This document shows positions 48,378-61,800 of a DNA stretch of 64,000 nt, one piece after another; the stretch's first letter is position 1; the number at the start of each line of letters is the position of its first letter. This DNA is from a virus (lineage: Duplodnaviria; Caudoviricetes): IMG/VR virus record IMGVR_UViG_3300037422_000298. The stretch is one strand, 5' to 3'. The notes beneath the pieces were generated by a model. That model saw only the letters and a list, made by a program, of their open reading frames with translations. It had not been told where the DNA came from and did no database searches. The position numbers and the translations under genes are program-made.

Positions 48378-50349
48378 TCAGTTCCCTCCGCCGCCGAAGA
48401 GCGTTGCACCGAAGTGCATGCCCATCGACGAGAGCGCCGGACCGCCGAGGATCTTGGTCTGCTGGACAGCCGGGTTGTCGTTCATGCCGTAGTCACCGGC
48501 ACCGACGAGAGTCGGCGGGCCGACCAGCTCGGGTCGAGCAGCACCGAAGCCGCCACCGTTCTGGATCGAACCCGGCACCGGGAAGGCCGGTTCGATCGCA
48601 ACGGCACCGAAGCCGTTCTGCATCGCCGGGAGGTTTGCCGGGACGACATAGCCCGGTTCGATCGTGGCGATGCCGAAGCCGTTACCGGCACCCGGCTGGA
48701 TCACCGCCGTCGGATCGATCACGACGCCGTTCCAACCGAACGTGCCCGGCTGTGCGGGAACCGTCGGCGTCACCGTCGGCGTCACCGTCGGGGTCACCGT
48801 CGGGGTCGCGGCAGCAGGCTTGAACAGCGACTGCTCCAGCTGACGCATGCCGTTGGTCACGAACGCGGTCGCGATCGCGGCGAGGCCCATGCGGCGCGTT
48901 CCGGGGAATGCCATCATGACGCCGCCTGCGATTCCGCCTGCGAGCAAGCCCGTCAGTTCGCTGAACTGGTGGAGCTTCGATGTCGGCTGTGTCATCGCAC
49001 GAGCGATGATCGCGGCGCCGGTACCGACACCACCGCCGATGACCGCGCCCCACATGGAGTCGCCGCCCGCTGGCTCGCCGAACTCGTCGAGACCGAACAT
49101 GTCGACCTCGCCGACGTCGGAGAAGCCGTCGGTGTCACCCAGATTGCCAAACGTGTCTTGCTTCATGACTATCGACCTCTCTTTTGTCGTTTTGTTCAGC
49201 GCCGCGTCGGGCAGCGCGAAGACCCTTCTTGGAATTCCCACCCGGTGCGGCTCTTCTTGCCGTTTCGGGTACGCGTACCGACGCCGACGTAGCAGAGCTG
49301 CATCGAGCATCCCGTGCGCGGGTTCTTGACCGTCTTGCAGTCGCCGACGGCTGCGACAGCACCAAGTGCCTTGCGAGCGTGCTTGGGCTTTTTCGCCTTC
49401 GCCTTCTTCGTCGGCGTGTCGGTGCCATCGATGGTGAATACGCTCGGCATCAGCGCCTCTGCTCCGGGCGAACGGCAATGGAGTTCATTGCCTGCATCGG
49501 GAACACCGATTCCGGCGTCGGCCACCGCTTCATGACCATTGGCGGACGCGTATCGAGCGGAACGCGCGCTTGGCGTTGAGCGTCGTGGATCGGAACGCGC
49601 GTCGCCTGGTTCATTTGCGCGATCGAGTTCGGCATGAACCGGTGCGCGATCGACGCTTGGAAGTTGCGCCGCGCCCACACGTTGTCGTCGTAGTTGAGCT
49701 TGCGGTAGTAGAACCCGTAGTCGAGGTACGGGTACTGCGGCACGTGACCAGGCCGTACTTGATGCGGCAACACTTCGTTGGCGAGCAACGGAATGCCGAA
49801 GCCGCTCTTTTTCTGCTGATCGACCGTCATCGGCGTCTCGCGTACTTGGACTTCGGTCGGTTTTCCGGTGGCCGCAATCGGGGCCGGTCCTGGCATTGCT
49901 GGAGCAGGAGGCGCGACAGTCACGCTGGGCTCACCGCCGGGGCCGTTGCAGACGATCACGCGACGAATGCCGATTTGGATCGCAACAGGTGAACCCTTGG
50001 CGAGCTGTTGCGCGGCTGCGGTGATCGTACCGACGACACCGCCGCCGGGCGGTGTATTGGGCGCGACGCGGATCTTCGACGTACCCATGCAGATCACGGC
50101 AGCCTGGCCGCGGCGGAACTGCTGCGCGACCTTGCCCGCTGCGTAGGCGATGTCCTCGGGTGCGGGATATGGCGAGACCGCCGGTCCAGCGCCGCGAACG
50201 CTGGCGATGAACGGATCGATCGTGTGCGTCGCCATGTCGACGGGTGACAGCTGACGGATCCACATCGGCTCGATCACGCTGGTCCGCGTGATGGCGTCGG
50301 GACGCCAGTGCATCGAGACGTGTTCGCTACGCGTCCACGGGACCATCAT
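48378..50349 (-). CDS. Genes upstream of the MCP: 48378-49166 (TM, many FG motifs), 49196-49450 (basic), 49450-50349
   Basis: Coupled ORFs; strong codon bias in 48378-49166. Confidence 0.65.
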
Positions 50350-50505
50350 GCAAACAACGTAGTCGATCGCTCGCGCGACTGCAATACAAAGCACAACGAT
50401 TTCACTGAGTTAGCCTGCAAATCGCTGCGCATCGCTGATCACTTCTGATCACGTTGGCGCCTTGATCGCGCGAGCGACTGCGCGTACGTTGCTAGGTGAG
50501 AAGAG

Positions 50506-50730
50506 ATGGCAAGACGTCGACGTCCACGTGCGTTGGGAGACATTGCAGTTCCGCAAACAGTTGAACGGCCAGTGACTCCGCGCGAGCTTGCACACTTTCT
50601 GAAGGTCAGCCCTGCGACGATCCGTCGACGTCTTGGCGAGCTACCGCATTTTCGCATCGGCAACCGGGTTCGGTTCATGCCGAGCGCGGTGCTCGCGCAC
50701 TACGCCAAGAAGACGAACGGCAGCGACTGA
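50506..50730 (+). CDS. Excisionase-like HTH_17 DNA-binding protein
   Basis: VTPRELAHFLKVSPATIRR...LPHFRIGNRVRF. Confidence 0.8.
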   Translation: MARRRRPRALGDIAVPQTVERPVTPRELAHFLKVSPATIRRRLGELPHFRIGNRVRFMPSAVLAHYAKKTNGSD

Positions 50731-51676
50731 TGCTGACTGCTACGCACTACAGAAGGCGTCCGCAACTCGGGCAGTCGATCGAGCCAAGCGTTACTGTTCC
50801 GACGGAAGTAGCCACAGCTATCGACAAGCTGACTGCAGCAGCAAACACGCTCGTCGCGGCCGTCTCGAACTTCAAGCTCAAGATCGAACATGACGTGATC
50901 TTGCCGCCGCCGAGTGACACCGTCGCGCGTTTGCTGCCCGTTGCGCTCACGCTCGCGATCTTCATGACCGGTGCGGTGATGTTGACGAAGAAAGTTCTGA
51001 CCGCAGATCCGGGACCGGTACGCAGTCGTTAGTCTGCAATCGCGTCGATGCGACGAAGAATGCCTTCGAGGTCTTCGATCGTCGTTAGCAGATCCAAGTA
51101 GTCGTCACCGTCGATCCGTGCACCGCTACTATCAGCCAGTGCTGCCGCGTAGCGCAGCTCGCCGAGCGTGCGACGGAGATTGCGGTATGAGAAGTCGCTC
51201 GACATCAGCCGGTAACAGGGACTGTTCTGTCCGCCGTGCCAGTCACTGCAGATCTCGACGGCGCTCGCGAGGTCGCCGTCCCACACGTGCACGACTTTCC
51301 CTGTGCGCGTGTTCTCGTAGACGACGTAGCCGTTTTCGTCTTGGTAGTAGCGAATCGGCATTACTCACCGACGACGACGTCGACGCGGGCTGGTGATTGT
51401 ACAGCGGGCTCGAAACGCATCCGAGGCGTGACTGTACCGTCGAAACTGTTCTGAATCGAACGCTGCACCACGCTGATCGGCGCCAATCTCTTCCGCTTCG
51501 AGCACGCCCATCCAGTACGCAAGCGCGCTGAACTTGTCGAACGCCGTTCTGCACTGACCGGCGCGAGCCGTCGCGATGGTTTGCCGCGATAGATTCTTCA
51601 CGGCGAGGTTCGCCGTCTTCATGCGCGTGACATGATCTTCTGCAGGCGAAGCGAAGTTGCGGCGGCGACGCTTCAT
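50730..51676. CDS. Small genes 50730-51032 (+, TM), 51029-51361 (-), 51365-51676 (-)
   Basis: Coupled ORFs. Confidence 0.55.
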
Positions 51677-51686
51677 CGAAGCGCCT

Positions 51687-53888
51687 TTAGCGGCGGCAGA
51701 GTCGAACTGCTGTGCGCTGACTACGCGTTGCACGTCGGACGAGCGCGCGCGCTTGCTGCACGAGGCTGTCTTCCATCGCTTGCTCACCTTGGACCGTTGC
51801 GACGGTGCCTTCGGCGATCGCATCGGTGTAGTGCTCGATCGAACCACAGCGGTTGCGCTTCGAGATGCGATCGGCCGTCTTGAGGATGTTCGACGCCGAA
51901 CGGTACCAGCCGCGCGACTCCTCAGCGTGCTCCTGTGGAGCCAGGCCGAGACCGCCGCGCCGAGCGCCCTTGACGACGGAGCCGACGACGACTGCGCCGA
52001 CGACCGTGCCGCCGATCGCGACCCACATCATCGGATTCTTGACGTCGAAGAACTTCTTCTTGATACCCGATGCTGTTGCTTGCTGCGGGAACTCCTTGGC
52101 GAGCGTGTCGATGTCGGCTTGCGGAAGACCCGCGGTACACGACGCGAACGAACCGGCGCCACGAAGACAGATGCGCGCGCTGTCGATGGTAGGCGCGGTC
52201 GTGAGTAGAGCCTCGACATCGGACTTCGCCGCTTGGTCGGGAAACTCTGTGCGAAGCTGATCGATATCGGGCTGAGGCAGTCCAGCTGTGCACGACGCGA
52301 ACGAACCGGCGCCGCGGATGCAGATACGCGCGCTGTCGATCGTCGGCGCTGGAATTTGCCCGAACCCGGTCGTGTAGTGGCTGATCAACATAGGCTGACC
52401 CTATCATCGATCGCGTGCGCGATCGACCGTGTCGATTGGCTAACGGCGCGCACGTCGCCGACGTCGGCGTCCAACTGTGGCAGCGGGTGCGGCTGCAGCT
52501 GCAGGTGCCGCTGCTGCCGGTGCTGCGGCAGCGGCACCCGCCGCTCCACCTTTCACGAGTGCGCCAATGACGACGACACCGAGAATGCCGCCGCCGATCG
52601 CGACCCACATGACTGGGTTGTTGACGCGGAAGAACTTCTTCTTTTTGGCAGCCTCGGCGACAACTTTCTTGGCGGCCTCTTTCCCGGCGGCCTTCTGCTC
52701 GGGAACCGACTTGCCTTCTGCTTTGGCGACCGCGACAGCATTGTTGGCCGCGATGGCAGCGTCGCGCGCGACAGCAGGATCCTTGAGCAGCGAATCGTCG
52801 ACATCCTTGATGACGTCGTTGTCACGTTGAACTTCGGTGAGCGCTTCTTGAACGACCTCTTTGTTGTCGGGAGCGACGACTTCATCCAAGATCGTCGAGG
52901 CGCACCTGTGCGACGGATCGTCCCAAACGGTGCCGAATGGACAAACGCAGATGCCGCTGGTGTCGAGCGCCGCACCCGTCGATGGATCGATGTTCTGCCC
53001 CGTTGCGCATGCGACTGATGGCGGTTGCGGGACAGGCGTGGACGGCCCCGACTGTGTGAAGAACGCCTTGATCTTGTCGATGACGCTGTCTTCCTGCGCG
53101 GGTTGAGCTGGCGCGCCGCCAGTCAGAGCAATTGTTTCAGCAAGGGCTGTCGAGAGCGCGATGACAGTGTCTGCGTCGAACGCGAGCCCTTCTGCGGTCA
53201 GCTGACCGGTTGCGGCGCGGTTTAGGACAGGATTGACCTTTTGTCCGTTCTCTAACAGAAGATCGATCGCGCGGCGCGCAGCGATTGGAAGTTGCCCCAT
53301 CGTTTCGCTCGTCAACTGACCGTTGACGGTAACGTGGCTTAGTGGATCAGCGATGAACGCGTTGATGTTCTTCTGCAGAAGTGAAACCGTCTCGGCGGTC
53401 GGCGTGCTGAACTGCCCGAACGGCTGCACGTAGCTGATGCTCAACATGCCACGACCCTATCACCGATCGCGTGCGCGATCGAGTTACGCCTATCGTCGCC
53501 GCGATCGGCGACTCATCGTCGACGCGCGCGCTGCATTTGCTGAACTCTTGAGCATCGAACCGAGGACGGTGACACCGACGACAGCGCCACCAATCGCGAT
53601 CCACATCATCGGGTTTTTGACGTCGAAGAACTTTTTGGGAGTGACGCTCGGTGTCGTGTCCGTGTTGACGGTCGGAGCGTCAGCTGGCTGCGGGACGGTG
53701 GGGGCAGCAGCTTGTTGCGGAAATTCCTTGGCGAGCTGATCGATGTCGGCTTGCGGTAACCGTGCTGTGCACGTCTTGAACGACGTGCCGAGTCGAAGAC
53801 AGTCACGTGACGTCTCGATGTTGGGCGCGTCAACTTCGAATTCGATCTCGTTTTGACCGAAATTTGACGTGAACGCGATTGCCAACAT
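51687..53888 (-). CDS. Three paralogous TM-anchored virion proteins (51687-52391, 52440-53447, 53490-53888)
   Basis: Shared ML...FGQ start and KKFF.V.NP.MW.AIGG; AP.I..(A/S)R.C.R...F..CTA.LPQ.DID repeats. Confidence 0.8.
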
Positions 53889-54403
53889 GATTTCTACCGG
53901 CGACGGCGTTTCGTACGCCGTCCGGCAATCGGCGGCGTTGGATGGTCTGGATCACCGACGCTTTCGATCGAACACGCGACGTATTCGCGGCCTGTCGAAC
54001 TTTTTCCTTGGCTGCACTGATACATCGGAATCCGTCCGCCCTCACACTCCAGATCGACGAGCGCGAGCCACTTGCCGGGGCCGCTTGCGATGCTGCGAGC
54101 GTCACGTGCAGCTGCAGACCAGCCGCTACGACTCAACGGGTGCGTCCGGTTGTTACCTTGGACGGTTCCGACGAGGATTTTGCACTTTGCTGCTGCCACG
54201 TCACTTCCTTCTGCGCTTCGCGCGACGACCTGCAACGGTCGAGCGTGTACGTGGAATGATCTGCAGGTAACGCTCGCGGCGTGCATAGCGCTTCGCGGCT
54301 TTCTTCGTCTTGAAGCACGTCACGAGCCGCGCAGGTGTCTGACCCGGCGGGACGGTGTACACACAGAATTCTTTCTTGGCTTGCGGCATTTCGCTTTCAC
54401 AGC

Positions 54404-55204
54404 TCAGGCAACAAAATCCATGTGCTTGGCATACGGCGCTTCGCGACCGAACATGCTGCCGGGCAGCGTCGTATCGAGCGGTACCCATCGCGACGGACGT
54501 GTCTTCGGGAGACCGGCCATGCCGTAGATGTGCGCCCAGTCGCTGCTCTTCGTCGGTGCCGTGATGCGAAACTTCGCCGGGATACCGTTGAGCGTGAGGA
54601 GCGTCGTCGACACGATCGTATGCCCGTCGCAGTCTTCACCACCGAATTCGACGGTGCGCCAAGGCGCTTGGAACAAGTCGACACCCTCGACGTCGCCGCC
54701 GGGCATCTTCACGGGCGCGACGTCACCCGTATAGCGGATGTTGTTCTTCGTCCAGTTGTAGACGGCTTCGCTCTCGCAGAGTCCATCGCGTGCAGGACAG
54801 TTCGCGCCCTTCACACGGAACTTGCGTTTGCCAACCGTGACGTCGCGGGTACCGTTGCCAGTGATTGCGAGCGCCAGCTCGCGCATCTGTGGATTCTGGA
54901 CGCCCTTCCATACGAGGTCTTGCAGGATGCCGACGCGCTGCTCGATTGGCATCTCTGGATCGTAGTGGTGTGTGAGCGTCATGCCGCCCTGTTTCACGCG
55001 CGCCTGCACACGGCCGAGCGTGTCGCGCAGCGTAGCGGTCCGGCGTCGAGCAGCGATCCCGTATGCGATCGCTCCTCCGATCACAGCGATCCCGCCAGCG
55101 ATCATCGCGGCGATAGCGATCTTCTCGCTGTTGGTCGTCGTGAGACCGTCGGTGGCGGCGAGCGCTCCGTTGGTGCGCCTACGCGCGAGCGCGCTACTGA
55201 TCAT
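54404..55204 (-). CDS. Transglutaminase-like cysteine enzyme with N-terminal TM
   Basis: GEDCDGH (Cys), WAHIY (His), PLDTT (Asp) triad; NNIRYTGD. Confidence 0.85.
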   Translation of the reverse strand: MISSALARRRTNGALAATDGLTTTNSEKIAIAAMIAGGIAVIGGAIAYGIAARRRTATLRDTLGRVQARVKQGGMTLTHHYDPEMPIEQRVGILQDLVWKGVQNPQMRELALAITGNGTRDVTVGKRKFRVKGANCPARDGLCESEAVYNWTKNNIRYTGDVAPVKMPGGDVEGVDLFQAPWRTVEFGGEDCDGHTIVSTTLLTLNGIPAKFRITAPTKSSDWAHIYGMAGLPKTRPSRWVPLDTTLPGSMFGREAPYAKHMDFVA

Positions 55205-55208
55205 GCGC

Positions 55209-55766
55209 TCAAGCTATCACAGCTTGAGGAGAATCGGGTAGCGCGTGAATGATCGCGGACGCGATCGATGCATTGGATCGTAGGTATGTAAGGGCTCGGC
55301 ATAACAGCCCAGGATCGTCCTGGAAGAGCCCAAGCCCTGTGTTGCACGTGTTGCAAAGCAGGCCGCGGACCTGCCTCGTAGCGTGATCATGATCGACGTT
55401 TAGCGGGCTCCGCTTGCCTTCATCGACGAGAAGCGTCCGCTGACAGATCGCGCAACAATTCTGCTGGAAGTCAGCGAGACGTAGAAGTTCCACAGCAGTG
55501 ATGCTGTACCGCTGTTTGAACATGTACACGTTCATCGGGCCGAAACGTTTTCGCGTCTCGACGTTTGCAGCACGGAGCTTGCGCGCTTGTTGGCTTCGAG
55601 CTTGCCGCTCCTTTTTGGAAAGCGGTTTCTGTTGCCGTCGACGCTCTTGACGGTAGGTCGTGGAGCAGCTTCGGCACCAAACGAAGAGCCGATCTGGTCG
55701 GTGCTGATCTGGGCCGAACTGATCAAGCGGCTTCTCCTGTCTACACTTGAGGCACTGTTTGCGCAC
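55209..55766 (-). mobile_element. Endonuclease VII-family (homing) endonuclease
   Basis: CAIC...NVDHDHATRQVRGLLCNTCNTGLGLFQDD. Confidence 0.9.
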
Positions 55767-55859
55767 GCATCTAGCATCGCATGTTCATTTGACAACGCGC
55801 GCATCCGACGGGTAGCTTGAAAGTGTCGAGATCGCGCGCGCGATCGACGTGGAGCCCAC

Positions 55860-58800
55860 ATGCTTTTCTCACAGTTGAACGGTCGAGAGCGGCCTGTCAC
55901 CGACTCGTCCGAGGTTGACGTACTGCAGAACGTGGCATGTGGGATCGGCCCGGCAGTCGATGGAGTTCGCGCGCCGCAAGTTCTGCCGCAAGCAATGGGC
56001 GCGTTCGTGACAGCGGGTGCGCAAGGTGCCTGCGCGGGACGCGGCCAGCAGCAAGAACAACACACATCGACGACGACAATAGGTTTGGGGCAGACAGTGA
56101 CGTTGGCCCCGACGGACACGACAACGCCGCCTCCAGCCCCCACGACGCCGGGAACGGGAAGATTCTCGATCATCAAAGCGTCGTCGATCCTTCCTACACT
56201 CCAACCTGCTGTGGCGATCGAACCGTCACGGACGGACGTGCCGTTGCAACCGCCGACGACAACGACACCGACGACGCCGACGACCGGCATGCACCCACCC
56301 GGGACAATCACGGCGTTCAGTCCCAAGCTCAACATGTGGCGCGTGGCGTTTCCGATCGGCGCGCAACCCGTAACGCCCGTGACGCCCACGGCAGGACTCG
56401 CAGGCGCGCTTGGGTTGGGTCAAACAACGCACGTCGAGCAGCCGCCGCAGCCTGCACCTGATCCGGCCGACACGCAGGTCAGTGAAACGGAGCTGCAGAA
56501 AAAGACCGGGCAGTTGCCGATCTACAAGAACCCGCTGTTCTGGGCAGCGATCGCGGGCGGCGTCGTCGTTCTCGGTGGCGGCTTCTACTTCATCCGTCGT
56601 CGACGTCGTGCTCCTGCGGCAGCTGCACCTGCGCCTGCCGCTACGCCCGCTTCAGGTTTCGGTATGACCAAGGCCGAAGCCGTGCAGCAGTTCAACGATC
56701 TCTATCCACCAAAGACCTTTCGCCGATCCAGCGGCTACATCGATCGCCCGATGCGTAGAGAAGCCTGGAACAACTTCACCGATATGCTCGCAAAGGACCG
56801 CCAGATCACGATGAAGCAGTACAACGAGTGGACGCATCCCTGGCGGGACTGACGCGACATGATTCTCACGCACTACGATAGCGGTGGCTTGCTCGGCGGT
56901 GTGACGGCCGTCGGCGGCACCGTCGGCGTGAAACAACTACAAGAGCAGCTTCGTCGCATCGCGTACGTCACTCAGAAAACGAAGCTCGATCCCGCGCAGT
57001 ACGACGGGAAGATGACGCTCTCGACGATCATCGCGCTCGCGAATGCGGCACCAGTGGTCGGGACAGCGATTCACCCGATTGTTGGCGAAGCTCTCAATGT
57101 CGTCGGACTGATCAAGGCGCCGATCAAAAAGATTCCGTACGGCGATACGGTGATCGAGTTCGTCCTGTCACCGTGGATCATCGATCAGATCTACGACGCG
57201 ATCTTGGGCATCATTCGGGTGATTCCCGGCGGCAGCGGTCCAGCGTCGGCGATCGACAAAGCAGTCAAGGCCGTCAAGGAGGCGCTCGCGAGCGCTGCAG
57301 CACCGATCGCGGCAGCGCTCGTAGCTTTTCGCCCGAAGTCGAGCGGCTTTTTTGGCGTCGAGACGGGCTTCGTGTACTCGGGCGGCTTCGGTATCGCTAC
57401 GACACTGAACACGGTGGCGATCCAAGCCGTCGCGATCCCGTCGATCGCGACAGCAGTTCCTGACTCGAACAAAGGACCGAACCCGCCTCCGGGATACACG
57501 TGGGTCGACAATCCGCCTGTACCTGGTCACTGGGAGCGCGTACGCGTCGGTCAAACGCCGATGCCCGGACCTGGAACCGCGACGGTCGTGATCCGTGAAC
57601 ATCCGCCGGGCGCGCCGAACGTTGTTTTCAACGCGCCAAAACCGTTGCCGCCACCGGTACCGGGCCAGCCGGGCGTCATTCGCAGCCATCAAGAGTGGCC
57701 CAAAGGCAAAGAGATCGTCTCTGCAGACTGGGGCAAATCGAAGACGTATTACGGTCGCGCGCTCAAGGAGAATCTCGCGAAGCGTGATCGCGACATGTGG
57801 GAGAAGTACAAAAACAACAGTGCGGCCTCGATCGGCAAACCAGAGATTAGTGTCCGCAACGGCGTGATCGCGTTCTTGGTCTTTCAGGGTTTCGACAAGT
57901 CACGTATGGGCGCGTTCTGGGACGAGCGCACGCAGATGCTCAAGATCACCCCAGTGCCCGCACCGTCATCGTCAGGGCCGCTAGATTTCGTTTCGGATGC
58001 GGTGTCGAGCGCAGCTGACGCTATCAGTGACGCCGTCGGCGCTGCGGCTGGTGCGATTTCCGAGATTGCCCAAGACACATGGAACTGGATCGCCGAAAAC
58101 GCCGATGACGTTTATGCAGCGATCAAGAAGTACGGCTGCGTGCTCGTCAACAATGACATCGTGGTCGCGGCTACAGCTGCTGGAGCAGGTGTGGTTGCGT
58201 CACCCGCCGCAAGCGCGGCTGTGATCACAGGCGCGCAAGCAGGTAAGGCAGCCTGTGCAGTTCTTGAAGTCGCCGAGGCACTCTACGCTATCTACAAGCT
58301 GCTCTCGATGGAGTTTCCGAAGCCGCCGCCGTTGACTACGCCGACTCCACCATTGAAGATCGCCGACAAATTCATCGGCAAGCTCGGATTCTTCCGGCCG
58401 TTACTGCAACTCAAACCTGACGTCCCGCTTGCGAAGTCGCGTTACCCAGACGGTGCGATCGCGGCATTCGATGAGAAGATCCAGCGCTACCGAATCGCGA
58501 TTCCGGTCGGGACGAAGTTCGTGCCGCTGTCCACGACGCCAGGTTTTGGTGACGCTACGCCATTCGGTGCTGACGCTTCGCATTTCGAGGTTGATCAAGC
58601 GGACAAGGCGCCGATCAAAGTGCCGGTGGTGCCGTTGACGGTGTTCCAGCATCAGACCGATACGTTGCCGATCACCAAAAATCCGTTGTTCTGGACCGCG
58701 ATCGGTGTTGGTGTTGTGGCTGTTGGTGGCGCGAGTTACGCGCTCTACCGGCATCGGCGACGTTTGACAAGGTAGCAGCTGACCGCGTAGCTTGAAGGTG

Positions 58801-61800
58801 TCAAGATCGCGCGCGCGATCGACCCAAGGAGCACTGCGGATGCTGACCACTCAGTTCTATGGACCGTCGAGCGCATCCGGCTTCTACGGTGCTTCCGGTT
58901 TCTACGGAGCACACCTCTCCGGTGCAAGTTTCTACGGCTTCCACGACTACTACAACGCAGGCTTTGGCGCGATCCAATCGACGCCTGCGACGGCCGCGCT
59001 GCAGAAGTACTTGGTGAGCGTCAAGAAGCTCCCGGCCGACAAGGCTACGGGCGTGATGAACGACGCCACGATGGCGGTGATCTTCAATCTGCTGATCCAA
59101 GCCGCCGATACGGTCGCCAAAATCCCACTGCTGCCGCAGGACGTTCGCGACGGCATCAACACAGTCGTCACCGCGCTCAAGGACGCCGACAAGAAGATCC
59201 GAGACGTCACGTTCGGCCAAGCATCACTCTCGACGGTGATCAGTCAGTTCACGAACATCCAGGCGATCGTGCGCCAAGCAGGCAACGCGATCTCGTCGGG
59301 TGCTGGTGACACTGCTGCTGACGCCATGTTGAAGGCACGCGACGCAGTCTACAACGCGGTCGCAGGCAAAGCGGCGCTCATCCAGAAGGCGATCCCGATT
59401 CTCATTCCGGGGCTGAAACCGGCTGCGACGACAGGGTTCACGATTCGGCCAGACATCACAAAGATGATCATCGGGTCGAAGTTTGTCGCGACGACAACCA
59501 AGCCAGCTGCGAGCGCGGTCAAACCCGGCACGATCTACGCGCTCAGCAAGAAGCTCACGAAGGCAGCAGGTGGTCAACCGCGATATCGCATCGCAGTCCC
59601 GCGCGGCGCTGGTTCTGGATTTGGGGGCATCGGCGTCATGGAAGACGGCGTGCTCGGGAGCTGCATCTTCGGTGACTGCGGTCTCGGTCAGGTAGCACCG
59701 CTCGTCGAGAGCACGCCGCCCGGCGGGGCAGTAACACCGCCAGCGACACCTGGTCGATCGGTCACCGAGACCGAGTTGGAGAAGCAGACTGGAACGCTAC
59801 CGTTCTTCAAAAAGCCGCTGTTCTGGGTAGCAGTCGTCGGCGGTGTCGCTGTTGCAGGTGGCGGTTACTACTATGTGCGCCGTCGCAAGAGCGCTGCACC
59901 TGCTGCCGCAGCAGCACCAGCAAAGGCGGCATACTGATGCTGGCGCAGATGTTCACACCGGCTACGGTTTCGACGCAGGCACCGTCGACGCCGGGGACGG
60001 TGCCGGGGACGACGCCGCCATCAACGCCCTCAACACCGCCGCCGTCACACGGGTCTGCCTTCACGGCAATGCCAGGTGTGTTCACAAAGCTACCTGCACC
60101 ATCGGCACCGCCAGCGCTCACGTTCGTATGTACGCGCAGTGCGTGCACGAGCACCCACGCAGCAACAGATCTCGCGTTTCGTACGCTGCAGACGCTGATC
60201 AACATGGCCAGCGAGAAGATCGGAAGGTCGGTCTTCGGCGTCAATGTCAGCAGGGTCGTGATTCCCGTCGACGGACGAATCACTGCGGCGACGCTTCAAG
60301 CGTATCTGCCGATCTCGCGCGCTATCGGTGGAAGACTCGCGATCTTCGACTTCACGCCCGATACCAAGTACCTCGCTACGAACGCGCAGATCTTCGCGTA
60401 CGAGATCGCAAAGTACCTCGGCGTCACGTGGGTCGAGAAGACCGCAACGGTCGCAGGTCACTGGGCGCGTCTGCCCGCAGGACAATCGCCCCGGTTGCCG
60501 ACGCTGCCGACGGCATCATCGCGTCCGATGCCACTGCCATTGCCAACACCGGCTACGCCCACGGCGCCACCTCCACTCTGTCCGATGTCGTGGATGATTC
60601 CGACGTCAGCAGGATGTCTCTATCCGATCGGGACGATCGCGACGTACAGCGCGTCACGCGGAAAGTGGCGCATCGCCGTGACGCTCGAAGCGCTCCAGAA
60701 CATTCCCCAGCAGATCATGACGGCGCCTCCTCCACCGCCGCCATCACCGCTGATCACGAGCGCAGCTGGTCGCGCGAGCTTCGGTTGGGCGTTTCACGGC
60801 GCGACACACCAGGCAGTAGCTGAATCGGATCAGCCGCCGCAAGGCGTGCAGCAGGTCGATGAAGTCACGTTTGCTACGGCGGTCGGTGAACCGGTCACGC
60901 AACAGCCCGTGCCGCAGCCGCAACCGCCACAGCCGCAGCCTCCACAAGCGGAGCCGTCACGCGTCGACGTGGGACCGACGACAGTGGGGCCGACGGCACC
61001 TGGACCAACGACGGTCGAACCGACGGTGATCCAGCCGGTGATCCAGCCGGTGATCCAACCAACTGTGCCGAAGCAGCGCTACGCGGGATGCATCGCGCGC
61101 TTCAACAAGACACGCCGCGTGTTCTCGATCTACTGCCCTATCGGTACAGCAACGGCAACGCCGGGTCTCGGTGTTGCAGACGAAGAGGGGTTTCGTTGCC
61201 TCTACGGCAACTGCTACGGGCTCGGCGCCGATCCTGTCACGCCCCCAGTTCCAGCAGGCTTCACCAAGGTCGCCGAAACGACTTCGCTGCCTGGTGCAGG
61301 TGAAACGCCTGCGGGTGAAGAGAAAGACAAGTTCTTCCGTGCGAACAATCCACTCATGTGGTTTTTGTTCGTGGGTACTGCTGCGGCCGTCGGCGGCGGT
61401 AGTTACTGGCTCATTCGTCGACGACGGGCAGCCAAGGCGGCCTGGTAACACCACAACCAAGGATCGTTGACCATGCTGGCACAGTTCCTTCCACAGCAGC
61501 AGTTCCCGCAACAGCAGTTCCCGCAACAGCAGTTCCCGCAACAGCAGTTCCCGCAACAGCAAGCAACTGCCGCGGGCTCGTATCCACCAGGTACGGTCGT
61601 CGCACGCAGCGCCAAAACCGGACGGTTCCGCGTTGCGATTCCGACGGCGTTGATGTCGCAATATGTGGCGCCGTCGGCGACGATCGCGACGAGCACGACC
61701 ACGCCACCGGGTTTCGATCCACAGCGATTCCCGGCACAGCAGAACATGCAGTTCCCCCAATCGGGGTTCCCACAGCAGCAGTTTCCTCAACCAGGATTTC

